From the sequence record SRR31156797_12049: a stretch of DNA of 37,511 bases, one strand, 5' to 3'. The notes beneath the pieces were generated by a model. That model did no database searches. It worked only from the letters and a program-made list of their open reading frames with translations, and was not told where the DNA came from. Made by a program: the position numbers and the translations under genes. Position 1 is the stretch's first letter; each line of letters begins with the position of its first letter. Positions 19,166-28,115 of this stretch are shown here, one piece after another.

Positions 19166-21106
19166 TTAAAATATTATTTTGTCTTCGTCTTCTTTTGCTG
19201 CCATTTCGATAAATTGATCTACATCCATACTGCCGATATCACCCTCACCTCGTCTTCTGACAGAAACAGTGTTGTTCTCTTCTTCCTGGTCACCAACCAC
19301 CAATACATATGGCAGTTTCTCTAGACGAGCTTCACGTATTTTATATCCGATGCTTTCATTTCGTAGGTCTGTACTTACACGTAAACCTTGCTTACGCATT
19401 TTCTTAGCAATTTTATTGATATAATCATCAGACCTATTTGTGATTGCAAGGATACGGATCTGTTCAGCACTAATCCATAATGGCATTGCACCTGCATATT
19501 TTTCGATAAGCATTGCTAGTGTTCTTTCGTAGCAGCCAATTGATGAACGATGTAGAATATACGGATGCTGTCTCTCATCATTCTGGTCAACATAGTACAT
19601 TTCGAATCTTTGAGCCAGTGCAAAGTCTACCTGTAAAGTAAAGAGTGTATCTTCCTTGCCGTAAACATTCTTGAACTGAACGTCTAGCTTAGGACCATAG
19701 AATGCCGCTTCGTCATCAGCTTCTGTGTACTCCAGATCGATATGATCCAGTATATCCTTCATTATCTTTTGAGTTTCTTCCCAAGCCTCAGGATTGTCAA
19801 TATATTTTTCTTTGTTTTCAGGACTCCACTTGGAGAATCTGTAGGTTACATCTTTGTCAACACCCAGAGACTGCATGATATATACAATCAGGTCTAGTAC
19901 ATCTTTGAATTCCTGCTCTAACTGGTCAGGTCTGCAAATGATATGAGCATCAGCCAGAGTAAATTGACGTATACGGATTAGACCATGCATTTCACCTGAT
20001 GCTTCGTTTCTAAACAGTGGTGAAGTCTCGGTGTAACGAACAGGTAAGTCACGATATGAATGATGAGATGCTTTATATATCATGAACTGGAATGGACATG
20101 TCATAGGACGCAGAGCAAGAACTTCTTCGCCCTTTTCCTCATCACCCATTATGAACATACCGTCCTGATAATGATCCCAGTGACCAGATATTTTGTACAA
20201 ATCAGACTTTGCTATATATGGAGTCTTCGTCAGCTGATAGCCACGGCTCTCTTCCTCATCCTCTACAAATCTTTGCATAACTTGAATGGTCTTTGCTCCC
20301 TTTGGACAGATAAGAGGCAGTCCCTGACCCACTGCTTCATTTGTAGTAAAGTAGCCAAGCTCACGACCTAATTTATTGTGGTCACGTTTTTTTGCTTCCT
20401 CCAACTGCTGTAGATATGCATCTAAGTCAGCTTTTTTCTCAAAACATGTAGCATATATTCTCTGCAGTGATTTATTCTTTTCGCTGCCTTTCCAATATGC
20501 TCCTGCAGTAGATAATATCTTGAACTGGAATTTCTTTGAGCCGGTTTTTAGCAAATGAGGACCAGCACATAAATCAACAAAATCACCTTGCTGATAGAAT
20601 GAAATAACACTGTCTTCTGGTAAATCATTTATTAATTCCACTTTATAGGGTTCACCTAGCTGCTCCATCTTTTCGATTGCTTCATCTCTTGGAAGTTCAA
20701 AACGCTCTATTTCAAGGTTTTGCTTCACAATTGATTTCATTTCAGCTTCGATAGTTTTGAAGTCATCTGGTGAAAATGCTTTTTCTACATCAAAATCGTA
20801 GTAGAAGCCGTTATCAATTGCAGGACCTATTGCCAGCTTTGCATCTGGGAATAGCTTCTTAACAGCCATTGCAAGTATATGGGAAGCAGTATGACGATAG
20901 ACTTTCATACCTTCGCCATCATCAAGTGTGATTGCCAGAAGTTTTGCATCTTTATCTACTGTAGTTCGTAAGTCAACAACCTTTCCACCCAGAAGCCCAG
21001 CTACAGCTGCTCTGCCTAATCCTGGACTAATGTCAAAGAATATGTCTTTTACACTTGTGCCATTTTCATATTCTCTCTTGCTGCCGTCCTTTAATTCAAT
21101 TTTCAT
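19166..21106 (-). CDS. thrS: Threonine--tRNA ligase
   Basis: TGS domain, RHTASH, DLCAGPH, RDHNKLG, LRPMTCP, AAFYGPKLD and the anticodon-binding domain. Confidence 0.98.
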   Translation of the reverse strand: MKIELKDGSKREYENGTSVKDIFFDISPGLGRAAVAGLLGGKVVDLRTTVDKDAKLLAITLDDGEGMKVYRHTASHILAMAVKKLFPDAKLAIGPAIDNGFYYDFDVEKAFSPDDFKTIEAEMKSIVKQNLEIERFELPRDEAIEKMEQLGEPYKVELINDLPEDSVISFYQQGDFVDLCAGPHLLKTGSKKFQFKILSTAGAYWKGSEKNKSLQRIYATCFEKKADLDAYLQQLEEAKKRDHNKLGRELGYFTTNEAVGQGLPLICPKGAKTIQVMQRFVEDEEESRGYQLTKTPYIAKSDLYKISGHWDHYQDGMFIMGDEEKGEEVLALRPMTCPFQFMIYKASHHSYRDLPVRYTETSPLFRNEASGEMHGLIRIRQFTLADAHIICRPDQLEQEFKDVLDLIVYIMQSLGVDKDVTYRFSKWSPENKEKYIDNPEAWEETQKIMKDILDHIDLEYTEADDEAAFYGPKLDVQFKNVYGKEDTLFTLQVDFALAQRFEMYYVDQNDERQHPYILHRSSIGCYERTLAMLIEKYAGAMPLWISAEQIRILAITNRSDDYINKIAKKMRKQGLRVSTDLRNESIGYKIREARLEKLPYVLVVGDQEEENNTVSVRRRGEGDIGSMDVDQFIEMAAKEDEDKIIF

Positions 21107-21127
21107 AGCATCAATCCTTTCTTATAA

Positions 21128-21345
21128 TAAAAAACGTCCCCTAAGTATTACTTAAGGGACGGTATTATCCGTGGTTCCACCCAAATTGCCGACATAGTCG
21201 ACCGCTTTGATTGTGCTGTAAAGGGCACACCCTAAACAATCAAGGAGTGGTATTCATTCTAGGGCGATTTAGTATATTTCCAGCTAATATATACATTCTC
21301 TTGAAATCACTTATCCAGAACTACGTAAGTTCCTATCAATTTGTT
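21128..21345 (-). promoter_or_regulatory. Threonine T-box riboswitch leader
   Basis: Minus strand reads AATTTGGGTGGAACCACGG (T-box, 21187-21169). Specifier GAAT-ACC-ACTCC has ACC = Thr (21251-21249). Terminator CGTCCC...GGGACG followed by a U run. Confidence 0.93.
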
Positions 21346-21351
21346 TTTATT

Positions 21352-21380
21352 ATTATATGTACAAATCCACTATTTGTCAA
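21352..21380 (-). promoter_or_regulatory. Consensus sigmaA promoter of thrS
   Basis: TTGACA-17-TATAAT exact match on the minus strand. Confidence 0.9.
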
Positions 21381-21466
21381 GACAGATTATGGAGTATAAT
21401 TAACTTTATGTTTGCATTCTATATTAATTTCTTTCAAATTCATAGGACAATATTAAATTGTATTAT

Positions 21467-21486
21467 AAAACCGCCTATAAAGGCGG
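21467..21486 (-). terminator. Terminator after the L,D-transpeptidase gene
   Basis: CCGCCT-N4-AGGCGG followed by TTTT on the minus strand. Confidence 0.65.
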
Positions 21487-21511
21487 CTGATTATATAAAT
21501 TATTAATACGC

Positions 21512-22282
21512 TTACCCGAAATTACCAGGTGAATAATCCTTTGGTGGATCATTCAGTGTATCCCATGGAATATCCGGAGGCATAGTTTCTCTTACATACG
21601 GATTGGGGGGATTCGTAGCTGCAGCTCCGTTGGAACGTTCTGGCGGCGGCTGATACAATTGTGTAAGCTCAGGATTTGCCTCGTTTTTTGTTACATTACA
21701 TAATATACCCTGCTCTGTGTAATCATATATCCATTTTACATCCTGTGATAATAATCTTACACAGCCATGAGAAGCGGGAAATGTGATTACAGAGTATGCA
21801 TCATGAATATCTGTAGTGCAGCTTTTGTCTTCGTATAGTATTGAGTGAAACAAAAACTTATCATATATATTTGTAATATACTCAACCCAACCCCATTCGC
21901 CCCAGTCTCTTAGACGCATGTAGCTGTTCTTTTCATCTTGTCCAACACCAACATATAATTCACGGAACATATATGGAGTTTTACTCTCTGTCTGCCTTGC
22001 TTTCATGCCAGCTGAGCATGGAAACTGATTGATAACAAGAAAGTATTCTCCATTATCGTCTTTTGCATAGATTGTGACTATTTGATTATATAGATCCAGC
22101 TCAATAAGCCAAGGACTTTCCTCCTCTACTTGCTGAGGGAGATCTTCGACAGTTTCATATATTTTTGATGAATCACTGTCATCTGCCAGAGCAGTGTTAT
22201 CAGTAAATTCCTCACTAAGCGCCATGACTAAAGATAGCAGAATAACAAATGCACTTATAATAACTATTATTTTATCTCGCAT
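21512..22282 (-). CDS. L,D-transpeptidase (YkuD-family) exported protein
   Basis: N-terminal hydrophobic helix, FHS...ASHGCVRL catalytic motif and a Pro-rich C-terminal tail. Confidence 0.85.
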   Translation of the reverse strand: MRDKIIVIISAFVILLSLVMALSEEFTDNTALADDSDSSKIYETVEDLPQQVEEESPWLIELDLYNQIVTIYAKDDNGEYFLVINQFPCSAGMKARQTESKTPYMFRELYVGVGQDEKNSYMRLRDWGEWGWVEYITNIYDKFLFHSILYEDKSCTTDIHDAYSVITFPASHGCVRLLSQDVKWIYDYTEQGILCNVTKNEANPELTQLYQPPPERSNGAAATNPPNPYVRETMPPDIPWDTLNDPPKDYSPGNFG

Positions 22283-22391
22283 TAGGTCTCCTAGAAATTA
22301 TTACAGAGTAAATAATACCATGATTATACAAATATGTACATACTAAAATATATTCTACGCTTAATTAAGAACTTGAATCCAATCAAATAAA

Positions 22392-22469
22392 TTACTCTAT
22401 CCAATTGAGTAAAATTACCTCGACAGATAGAGTGATTTAATATATGATTACTATATCAGATAGAGTAAT
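22392..22469. promoter_or_regulatory. Three imperfect palindromic operator copies upstream of the PadR gene
   Basis: TTACTCTATccaATTGAGTAA (22392), TTACCTCGAcagATAGAGTGA (22415) and TTACTATATcagATAGAGTAA (22448). Confidence 0.7.
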
Positions 22470-22498
22470 GGCCATTATCTATAATCTGGAGGTGTACA

Positions 22499-22837
22499 AT
22501 GGTAAGCAGTGATATAATACGAGGTCATCTAGACACTATTATCCTTAAACTAATAATAGAAAAGGATAGATATGGATATGAAATTTCCAAGGAAATATCT
22601 GCACGTACTGACAATGCATTTGAAATAAAGGAGGCAACACTCTATGCAGTATTTCAAAGGCTTGAGAAGAATGAGTATATCGTATCCTACAGCGGTCAGA
22701 TAACCCACGGCAGAAAGCGTAAGTACTATAAAGTAACTGAGCAGGGGAGAGAAGCCTTTGCTGAAAAAATGAAAGAATGGAAGCTAACTAAAAAAATAGT
22801 TGATTTATTATTGGAGGATTATAATGATAACAATTAA
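22499..22837 (+). CDS. PadR-family transcriptional regulator
   Basis: RGHLDTIIL, YGYEI, EATLY..FQRLE and RKYY.VT..G. GGAGG RBS. Confidence 0.93.
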   Translation: MVSSDIIRGHLDTIILKLIIEKDRYGYEISKEISARTDNAFEIKEATLYAVFQRLEKNEYIVSYSGQITHGRKRKYYKVTEQGREAFAEKMKEWKLTKKIVDLLLEDYNDNN

Positions 22838-23243
22838 AGATTATGTTGAGAATTTATTTGCTGAAGTTCCAGCAAGTAAGGAAAAGGAAGATATAGTACA
22901 GGAGATTATATTAAATCTTGATGAGAAAGTGCAGGATTTAATAGAAAGAGGGAAAAACGAGGAGGATGCTATCAACAAAGCAATTGTTGATTTTGGAGAC
23001 ATTAGTGAGATAAAGAATAACTTGCCTAATTCATCAAGTAAAACTGAATTTAAACCTACTAAGAAAAGAAATTATGTTAATAATCTTTTGTTTTCTATTT
23101 GCGGTTCAATATTGATTATCTCGCTTGTGGTTTTTATAAATCTTTACTACAGTCCAAATACTATTTGGTTTGTATATCCTACGTTTGCTGTACTGTGGTG
23201 GCCTTTGACGATGTTGTTTTCCTGGCTGAATAATAGGAAGTAG
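22824..23243 (+). CDS. Membrane protein with an N-terminal helical permease-prefix/HAAS-like domain and two TM helices
   Basis: I..YV..LF...EI..NL.EK..DL...G..E..A...AI.DFGD pattern typical of PadR neighbours. GGAGG RBS, overlapping the padR 3' end. Confidence 0.75.
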   Translation: MITIKDYVENLFAEVPASKEKEDIVQEIILNLDEKVQDLIERGKNEEDAINKAIVDFGDISEIKNNLPNSSSKTEFKPTKKRNYVNNLLFSICGSILIISLVVFINLYYSPNTIWFVYPTFAVLWWPLTMLFSWLNNRK

Positions 23244-23249
23244 GGCATT

Positions 23250-24038
23250 ATGAATAATAAAGGATTTGTCATATCATTTGTTTCTTATGTCTTTACAATA
23301 TTATTTTTGTTCTTTATTAATTACACTACATCATGGGGACATACATGGTTTATCTATCCAGCATTTGCTCTTGCGTTTGTGCCTTTGGCCTTTTTATGCA
23401 GTAAGAATAAGAGATGGAAATTATTTTCCGTACTGGGATTCCTGCTTCTATCTGTATTGCTTCTGATGATTAATTTTATTACTTCGCCTAGTGTTATGTG
23501 GTTTGTTCCGGCTATTTATGCTGCTATGTGGTGGCCTATCGCAGTTCTATTGGGCAAAAAGGCAGGAACGACATGGTTTGCAATTGTTGTAGCGATAGCT
23601 TCAATAGCGTTCCTAGTAGCAATACATACTTATAGGACACCAAATATATTTCTTTGGTACTGGTATGCAGTACTTCCAATAATATGGTATCCTGTATCAA
23701 TGTTTTTCTATGGCAAAGTAGACAGGATAAAGGGCGGGATAATAAGCATAATAATATTTATTGCATACTACTTAATTCTTAACTACATTTTATTTCCGGG
23801 CTTAACCAATGCAGTTTCAATTGTTTTTGCTGGATTATGGGGATTAATAGGGGTAATATGCGGAATGAAGAGGAAATTCTTCGCAATGTCAATATTAGGC
23901 TCTTTGATTACTATTGCATATCTTGGATTCATAAATCTATACTATTCGCCAAATGTAATCTGGGTGGTGTATCCGGCATTTGCGATTATCTGGTGGCCGA
24001 TGAGTTATTATTTCTTTAAAGTCAGGAAGAAGGGATAG
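23250..24038 (+). CDS. Polytopic membrane protein built from five ~50-aa TM-hairpin repeats
   Basis: Repeats of the form IN...SP...WF.YP....WWP. Confidence 0.75.
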   Translation: MNNKGFVISFVSYVFTILFLFFINYTTSWGHTWFIYPAFALAFVPLAFLCSKNKRWKLFSVLGFLLLSVLLLMINFITSPSVMWFVPAIYAAMWWPIAVLLGKKAGTTWFAIVVAIASIAFLVAIHTYRTPNIFLWYWYAVLPIIWYPVSMFFYGKVDRIKGGIISIIIFIAYYLILNYILFPGLTNAVSIVFAGLWGLIGVICGMKRKFFAMSILGSLITIAYLGFINLYYSPNVIWVVYPAFAIIWWPMSYYFFKVRKKG

Positions 24039-24068
24039 AATCACAAAATAATTATATTAATAATAGAG

Positions 24069-24093
24069 GAACTCAGGATAACTACCTGAGTTC
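24069..24093. terminator. Hairpin between convergent genes
   Basis: GAACTCAGG-N7-CCTGAGTTC perfect stem. Confidence 0.75.
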
Positions 24094-24098
24094 TGTTA

Positions 24099-24731
24099 CT
24101 ATTTTTCTTTTACTTTAAATCTTAATACAGTCTTTAATTTATCAGGCTGGGTTTTCCTAAAATCGCTTAAGTAGATTTCTCTATGAGATTTCTCTATTCT
24201 CGTATATCCATTTTCATTTGCGAAGTCCTCCATCATTTTGAAGGTAGCTGGCTCATCATCATATGAACCAATATGCATCATAGTACAGCATAGCCCGTCT
24301 GAATACTTTGAATATTTAATTTCATTAATCAAATCATTCTTTTTATTCTGCGCTGCTAATGATTTTGCTTTATCGAATACATCTTCATTTACAAATTCTG
24401 GCATCATAATACCTATAGTCCATTTTAAGTTATCTTTATTAAATTTATCGTATTTCTCGCTGCCAGCAATATACCAAACACCCTCTAGGGGAGGTACTAC
24501 GAAAGTATTGAAATTTGGTATTATCAAATCATCACCTTTGTAGCTCATGCTGATGGTATATCCTAGTCCATACAGAGCTGTTATTGCATTTGAGAAATCA
24601 ACAGATGTATTTGGATTGCCTTGTCCAGAGAGAGTAGCATAGTGTAAGTCTGGTACATTTACTATAGCAGGCTTCTTTGCTGAAGGTTTGTAAAGCTTCT
24701 TATACTTTTTCTTATAATCAATCTTATCCAT
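24099..24731 (-). CDS. GyrI-like small-molecule-binding domain protein
   Basis: K.DYKK..K.LY.P, G.GNPN, VVPPLEG.W, MHIGSYDDE and HREIYLSD.RK..P.KLKTVLR. GGAGG RBS. Confidence 0.85.
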   Translation of the reverse strand: MDKIDYKKKYKKLYKPSAKKPAIVNVPDLHYATLSGQGNPNTSVDFSNAITALYGLGYTISMSYKGDDLIIPNFNTFVVPPLEGVWYIAGSEKYDKFNKDNLKWTIGIMMPEFVNEDVFDKAKSLAAQNKKNDLINEIKYSKYSDGLCCTMMHIGSYDDEPATFKMMEDFANENGYTRIEKSHREIYLSDFRKTQPDKLKTVLRFKVKEK

Positions 24732-24772
24732 AATGTCCTCCTATCATTAATTATATTATACATTTAAATATG

Positions 24773-24788
24773 TGACAACAGTATGTCA
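24773..24788. promoter_or_regulatory. TGACA-N6-TGTCA palindrome over the -35 of the GyrI-like gene promoter
   Basis: TGACAacagtaTGTCA. The minus strand has TTGTCA-17-TATAAT. Confidence 0.6.
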
Positions 24789-24891
24789 TATTAATGAGCG
24801 TAATTGATATATTACTACATTAAAGCTATTTCAATTTTTGCCCTAATTTGATATAATGTACATCAAGCGACTTGAGTTAATTGGAGAAATT

Positions 24892-26748
24892 ATGAGCTAC
24901 AAAGCATTATATAGACAATTAAGACCAGACAATTTCGATGATGTAATAGGACAAGATCATCTTGTAAATACATTAAAGGCACAGATTATGAATAATCGTA
25001 TTAGTCATGCCTATTTGTTCTGCGGTCCTCGTGGTATTGGCAAGACTACTGTTGCCAGAATAATGGCGAAAGCTATTAACTGCCAGTCACCTATAGATGG
25101 TAATATGTGCGGTAAATGCAGTACATGTGCAGCCCTTAACGATCCTGCTAATCTGGATATTGTAGAGATAGATGCAGCCAGTAATAACAAGGTAGAGGAT
25201 GTACGTGACTTGCGTGAAAACATCAAGTTTATGCCTGCTGCCGGCAGATATAGAGTATATATTATTGATGAAGTTCATATGCTTAGTAATTCGGCTTTTA
25301 ATGCTCTGTTAAAGACATTAGAAGAGCCTCCTGCACACATTGTATTTATATTAGCTACCACAGAACCTAATAAATTGCCTATTACAGTGCTCTCCAGATG
25401 CCAAAGGTTCGATTTTAAAAGAGTTACTACAGAGGAAATCACAAAGCTTTTAAAGAAAATATCTAAGGAAAAAGGCATTGATATTGAGGATAATGCCCTG
25501 CTTACAATTGCAAGATTCTCTGAAGGCGGTGTACGGGATGCTATCAGTCTGCTGGATCAGTCTTCAATGTTTATTGATGAGACTATTACAGTAGCACACG
25601 TTTATGAACTGCTGGGGTCTGCTAATAAGCTGATGTATTTTGCATTATCTGAAAGTATTATTAATAAAGATATAAAGAGAGCACTTTTGGGATTTAATAA
25701 GATGCTCCAGTCAGGGTGTAATATTAATACAGTAGCAAATGATATTATGCTTCACTTTAGAGATTTATATATGGCTAAATATGTGAATAATGTTGGTGAT
25801 GCATTAAATACTGATGATGCTTCTGCCGCCAGGTATGTTAAGCAAAGTAATACAGCAAGCGATTCAATGCTGCTTAATTGCATTGAGATTTTTGCAGGCA
25901 TTGAGGTTAAAATCCGCCATGTGAATAACCCTAAAATCTGGTTGGAGATGGCAATCAGTAAAGCATGCAGAGTGAAAAACGATGACTCCTATGAAGAATT
26001 ACTTATAAGAATTGATGAGCTGGAAAATAAATTGAGCAATGTAAATGCTGTAGAAATTAAAAATGCTAAAAAGAATGAAAGTAGTATTGAAAATACCGAA
26101 GTAGAAGCAGAATACTTCCCATACGAGGACAATAAATCAGTGGTGAATGAAGGGTCGGCTGATGATATTGGTCTGCCAGAGCCTCCAATGGATGATGTAG
26201 ACTTTGGCTTGATTGACAATATAGCTGATGTAGAGCAAAATAATGAAGATAATACAGAAAAGCCAGTACAAGAAAAAGAGATAATCAATAATCAATTTGG
26301 TGCTGAGGTTGATTTTGATAATAATAGTAAAAAAACATCATTGCTGGATAGGGCTCAAGGGATTGTACATGAAGAAGAAGCCAAAGAGCAAAAAGCTGGA
26401 AGCAAATCACCTAACAGCGATAAGCAAAATTGTAAAAAAATCTGGAAACAGGTTATGGATAAAGTGACTGAGAGCAAAAAAAGAGCACTGCTGACAGCAA
26501 TGAAAAAGTGTAAGCCAGTTAGCTGCAATGACAAGGTACTATCAGTTCAGGCTGATCCCAAGTCTACATATTACGACAGGGTGTGCAACGCACAAAGCAG
26601 AGATTTGATTAACACATATATTAAGGAAGTTACAGGCAAGAATATCAAGGTGGTAATTGAAGATTTGATAATTAGTGAGGAAGAGTCAAACTTTATAGAA
26701 GAAATTGGAAATATTTTCGATAAAGACTTAGTGAACACTAAGTTATAA
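24892..26748 (+). CDS. dnaX: DNA polymerase III subunit gamma/tau
   Basis: YKALYR..RP..F, GPRGIGKTT, EIDAASN, IIDEVHML, LKTLEEPP and SRCQRF. GGAG RBS before the ATG at 24892. Confidence 0.96.
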   Translation: MSYKALYRQLRPDNFDDVIGQDHLVNTLKAQIMNNRISHAYLFCGPRGIGKTTVARIMAKAINCQSPIDGNMCGKCSTCAALNDPANLDIVEIDAASNNKVEDVRDLRENIKFMPAAGRYRVYIIDEVHMLSNSAFNALLKTLEEPPAHIVFILATTEPNKLPITVLSRCQRFDFKRVTTEEITKLLKKISKEKGIDIEDNALLTIARFSEGGVRDAISLLDQSSMFIDETITVAHVYELLGSANKLMYFALSESIINKDIKRALLGFNKMLQSGCNINTVANDIMLHFRDLYMAKYVNNVGDALNTDDASAARYVKQSNTASDSMLLNCIEIFAGIEVKIRHVNNPKIWLEMAISKACRVKNDDSYEELLIRIDELENKLSNVNAVEIKNAKKNESSIENTEVEAEYFPYEDNKSVVNEGSADDIGLPEPPMDDVDFGLIDNIADVEQNNEDNTEKPVQEKEIINNQFGAEVDFDNNSKKTSLLDRAQGIVHEEEAKEQKAGSKSPNSDKQNCKKIWKQVMDKVTESKKRALLTAMKKCKPVSCNDKVLSVQADPKSTYYDRVCNAQSRDLINTYIKEVTGKNIKVVIEDLIISEEESNFIEEIGNIFDKDLVNTKL

Positions 26749-26779
26749 TATAAGAAACACTTGAAAGGAATAAAATATT

Positions 26780-27133
26780 ATGGCTAAACGCAGCGGTAGA
26801 GGCGGCGGATTCCCAGGAGGCATGGGTGGACAAAACATGCAGCAATTAATGAAACAGGCACAAAAGATGCAAGAGGATATGATGAAAGCTCAAGAGGAAT
26901 TGGAGAATAAAGAGTTTTCTGCATCTTCAGGCGGTGGTGTAGTAACTGCTACAGTAACAGGAAGCAAAGAATTAAAATCCATTAAGATATCTCCAGAAGT
27001 AGTTGATTCGGACGATGTTGAGATGCTGGAAGATTTGGTAATATCAGCTGTTAAGGAAGCAATGGCAAAAGCTGAATCTGAAAAACAGGATAAAATGGGT
27101 CAGCTTTCTCCAAATATGCCAGGGTTATTCTAG
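26780..27133 (+). CDS. ybaB: YbaB/EbfC nucleoid-associated protein
   Basis: [17 protein letters not shown] and [10 protein letters not shown]. Conserved dnaX-ybaB-recR order. Confidence 0.95.
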   Translation: MAKRSGRGGGFPGGMGGQNMQQLMKQAQKMQEDMMKAQEELENKEFSASSGGGVVTATVTGSKELKSIKISPEVVDSDDVEMLEDLVISAVKEAMAKAESEKQDKMGQLSPNMPGLF

Positions 27134-27727
27134 ATGTCTCAGTACATTGAATCTCTGGGGAAACTGATAAATGAATTATCAAAACTGCCGGGAATCGGCA
27201 GACGAAGTGCGATACGACTGGCGTACCATATACTAGAGATTGACAACAAGGATGCCAATGCATTGGCACAGGCAATCGTTGATGCCAGAGAAAATGTGAA
27301 GTTCTGTGAGATATGCGGCGACTTTGCGCAGGGCTCAAAATGTCCTATCTGCTTAGACACTACAAGGAACCAAAAGGTTATCTGTGTTGTTGGTGACCCC
27401 AGAGATGTGTCTGCAATGGAGAAAACAGGTGAATTTAACGGAAGATATCACGTACTTCATGGAACAATTTCCCCAAATAATAACCGTGGTCCTGATGATA
27501 TCAGGATAAAAGAATTGATGCCTAGACTTGTGGATGTAGATGAAGTTATTATAGCCACCAATCCTGATTTGGAAGGGGAGGCTACAGCTATGTACATAGC
27601 ACGGCTGATTAAGCCCATGGGAATAACCGTCAGCAGAATTGCTCATGGTGTTCCTGTAGGTTCAGATTTACAGTATGCTGATGAAGTTACATTAGGCAGA
27701 GCTATAATTAGCAGAGTTGAGCTTTGA
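27134..27727 (+). CDS. recR: Recombination mediator RecR
   Basis: LPGIG.RSA.RLA, a C4 zinc finger, YHVLHG.ISP, ATNP..EGEATA and RIAHGVPVG. Confidence 0.97.
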   Translation: MSQYIESLGKLINELSKLPGIGRRSAIRLAYHILEIDNKDANALAQAIVDARENVKFCEICGDFAQGSKCPICLDTTRNQKVICVVGDPRDVSAMEKTGEFNGRYHVLHGTISPNNNRGPDDIRIKELMPRLVDVDEVIIATNPDLEGEATAMYIARLIKPMGITVSRIAHGVPVGSDLQYADEVTLGRAIISRVEL

Positions 27728-27823
27728 CTAGAAGATAAAATAATAGATTACATAACATATTTCGTTATAGTTAGAGCTATTAATCAATGTTCTTTTAGTT
27801 ATACGGAGAACGATATAAATTTT

Positions 27824-28027
27824 GATTTCTTCTTATGTTGATGTACCTTTCGATGCATTGCTAGAGCAGTACACCTATTGGCAGTGGAAGAAAAGAAACA
27901 AAGAAGAATCATCAAGAATATTCGATGCGCATTTTGCCCCTTTAATGGGGCAAAAACACTTCGTCCTAAATTTGCGAAATCAAGTTTCGACAAATTCACG
28001 ACAACGTTTGCTTATGGATTTTTGATT
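27824..28027. other. Non-coding multi-hairpin element of unknown type (ncRNA or small dispersed repeat)
   Basis: Several inverted repeats, for example TTTTGCCCC/GGGGCAAAA and AATTTGCGAAA/TTTCGACAAATT. No credible ORF. Confidence 0.5.
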
Positions 28028-28115
28028 AGAGTTAGTGGTGCTTTATCATTGAAAGTTTATAAAACATATTATTCTTTTTTATGTATTTAACTAATATCAT
28101 TTTTTATTATTACAT

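Noticed and set aside
21211-21399. 62-aa plus-strand ORF
   Set aside because: It overlaps the thrS T-box leader and promoter on the opposite strand.
22392-22469. Mini-CRISPR or iteron interpretation of the three repeats
   Set aside because: The units are imperfect 21-bp palindromes with 2-12 bp gaps and there are no cas or rep genes. An operator array fits better.
24732-24891. SRP RNA gene, often found upstream of dnaX in Firmicutes
   Set aside because: The gap is short and AT-rich, with no GC-rich SRP stem or its conserved loop.
26060-26490. Programmed frameshift or slippage in dnaX producing a gamma subunit
   Set aside because: No in-frame A AAA AAG with a stimulatory hairpin, and the A runs are short and common in this AT-rich DNA.
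27799-28090. Three short overlapping ORFs of 66-70 aa
   Set aside because: No recognisable motifs and mostly non-ATG starts. The region is better explained by inverted repeats.
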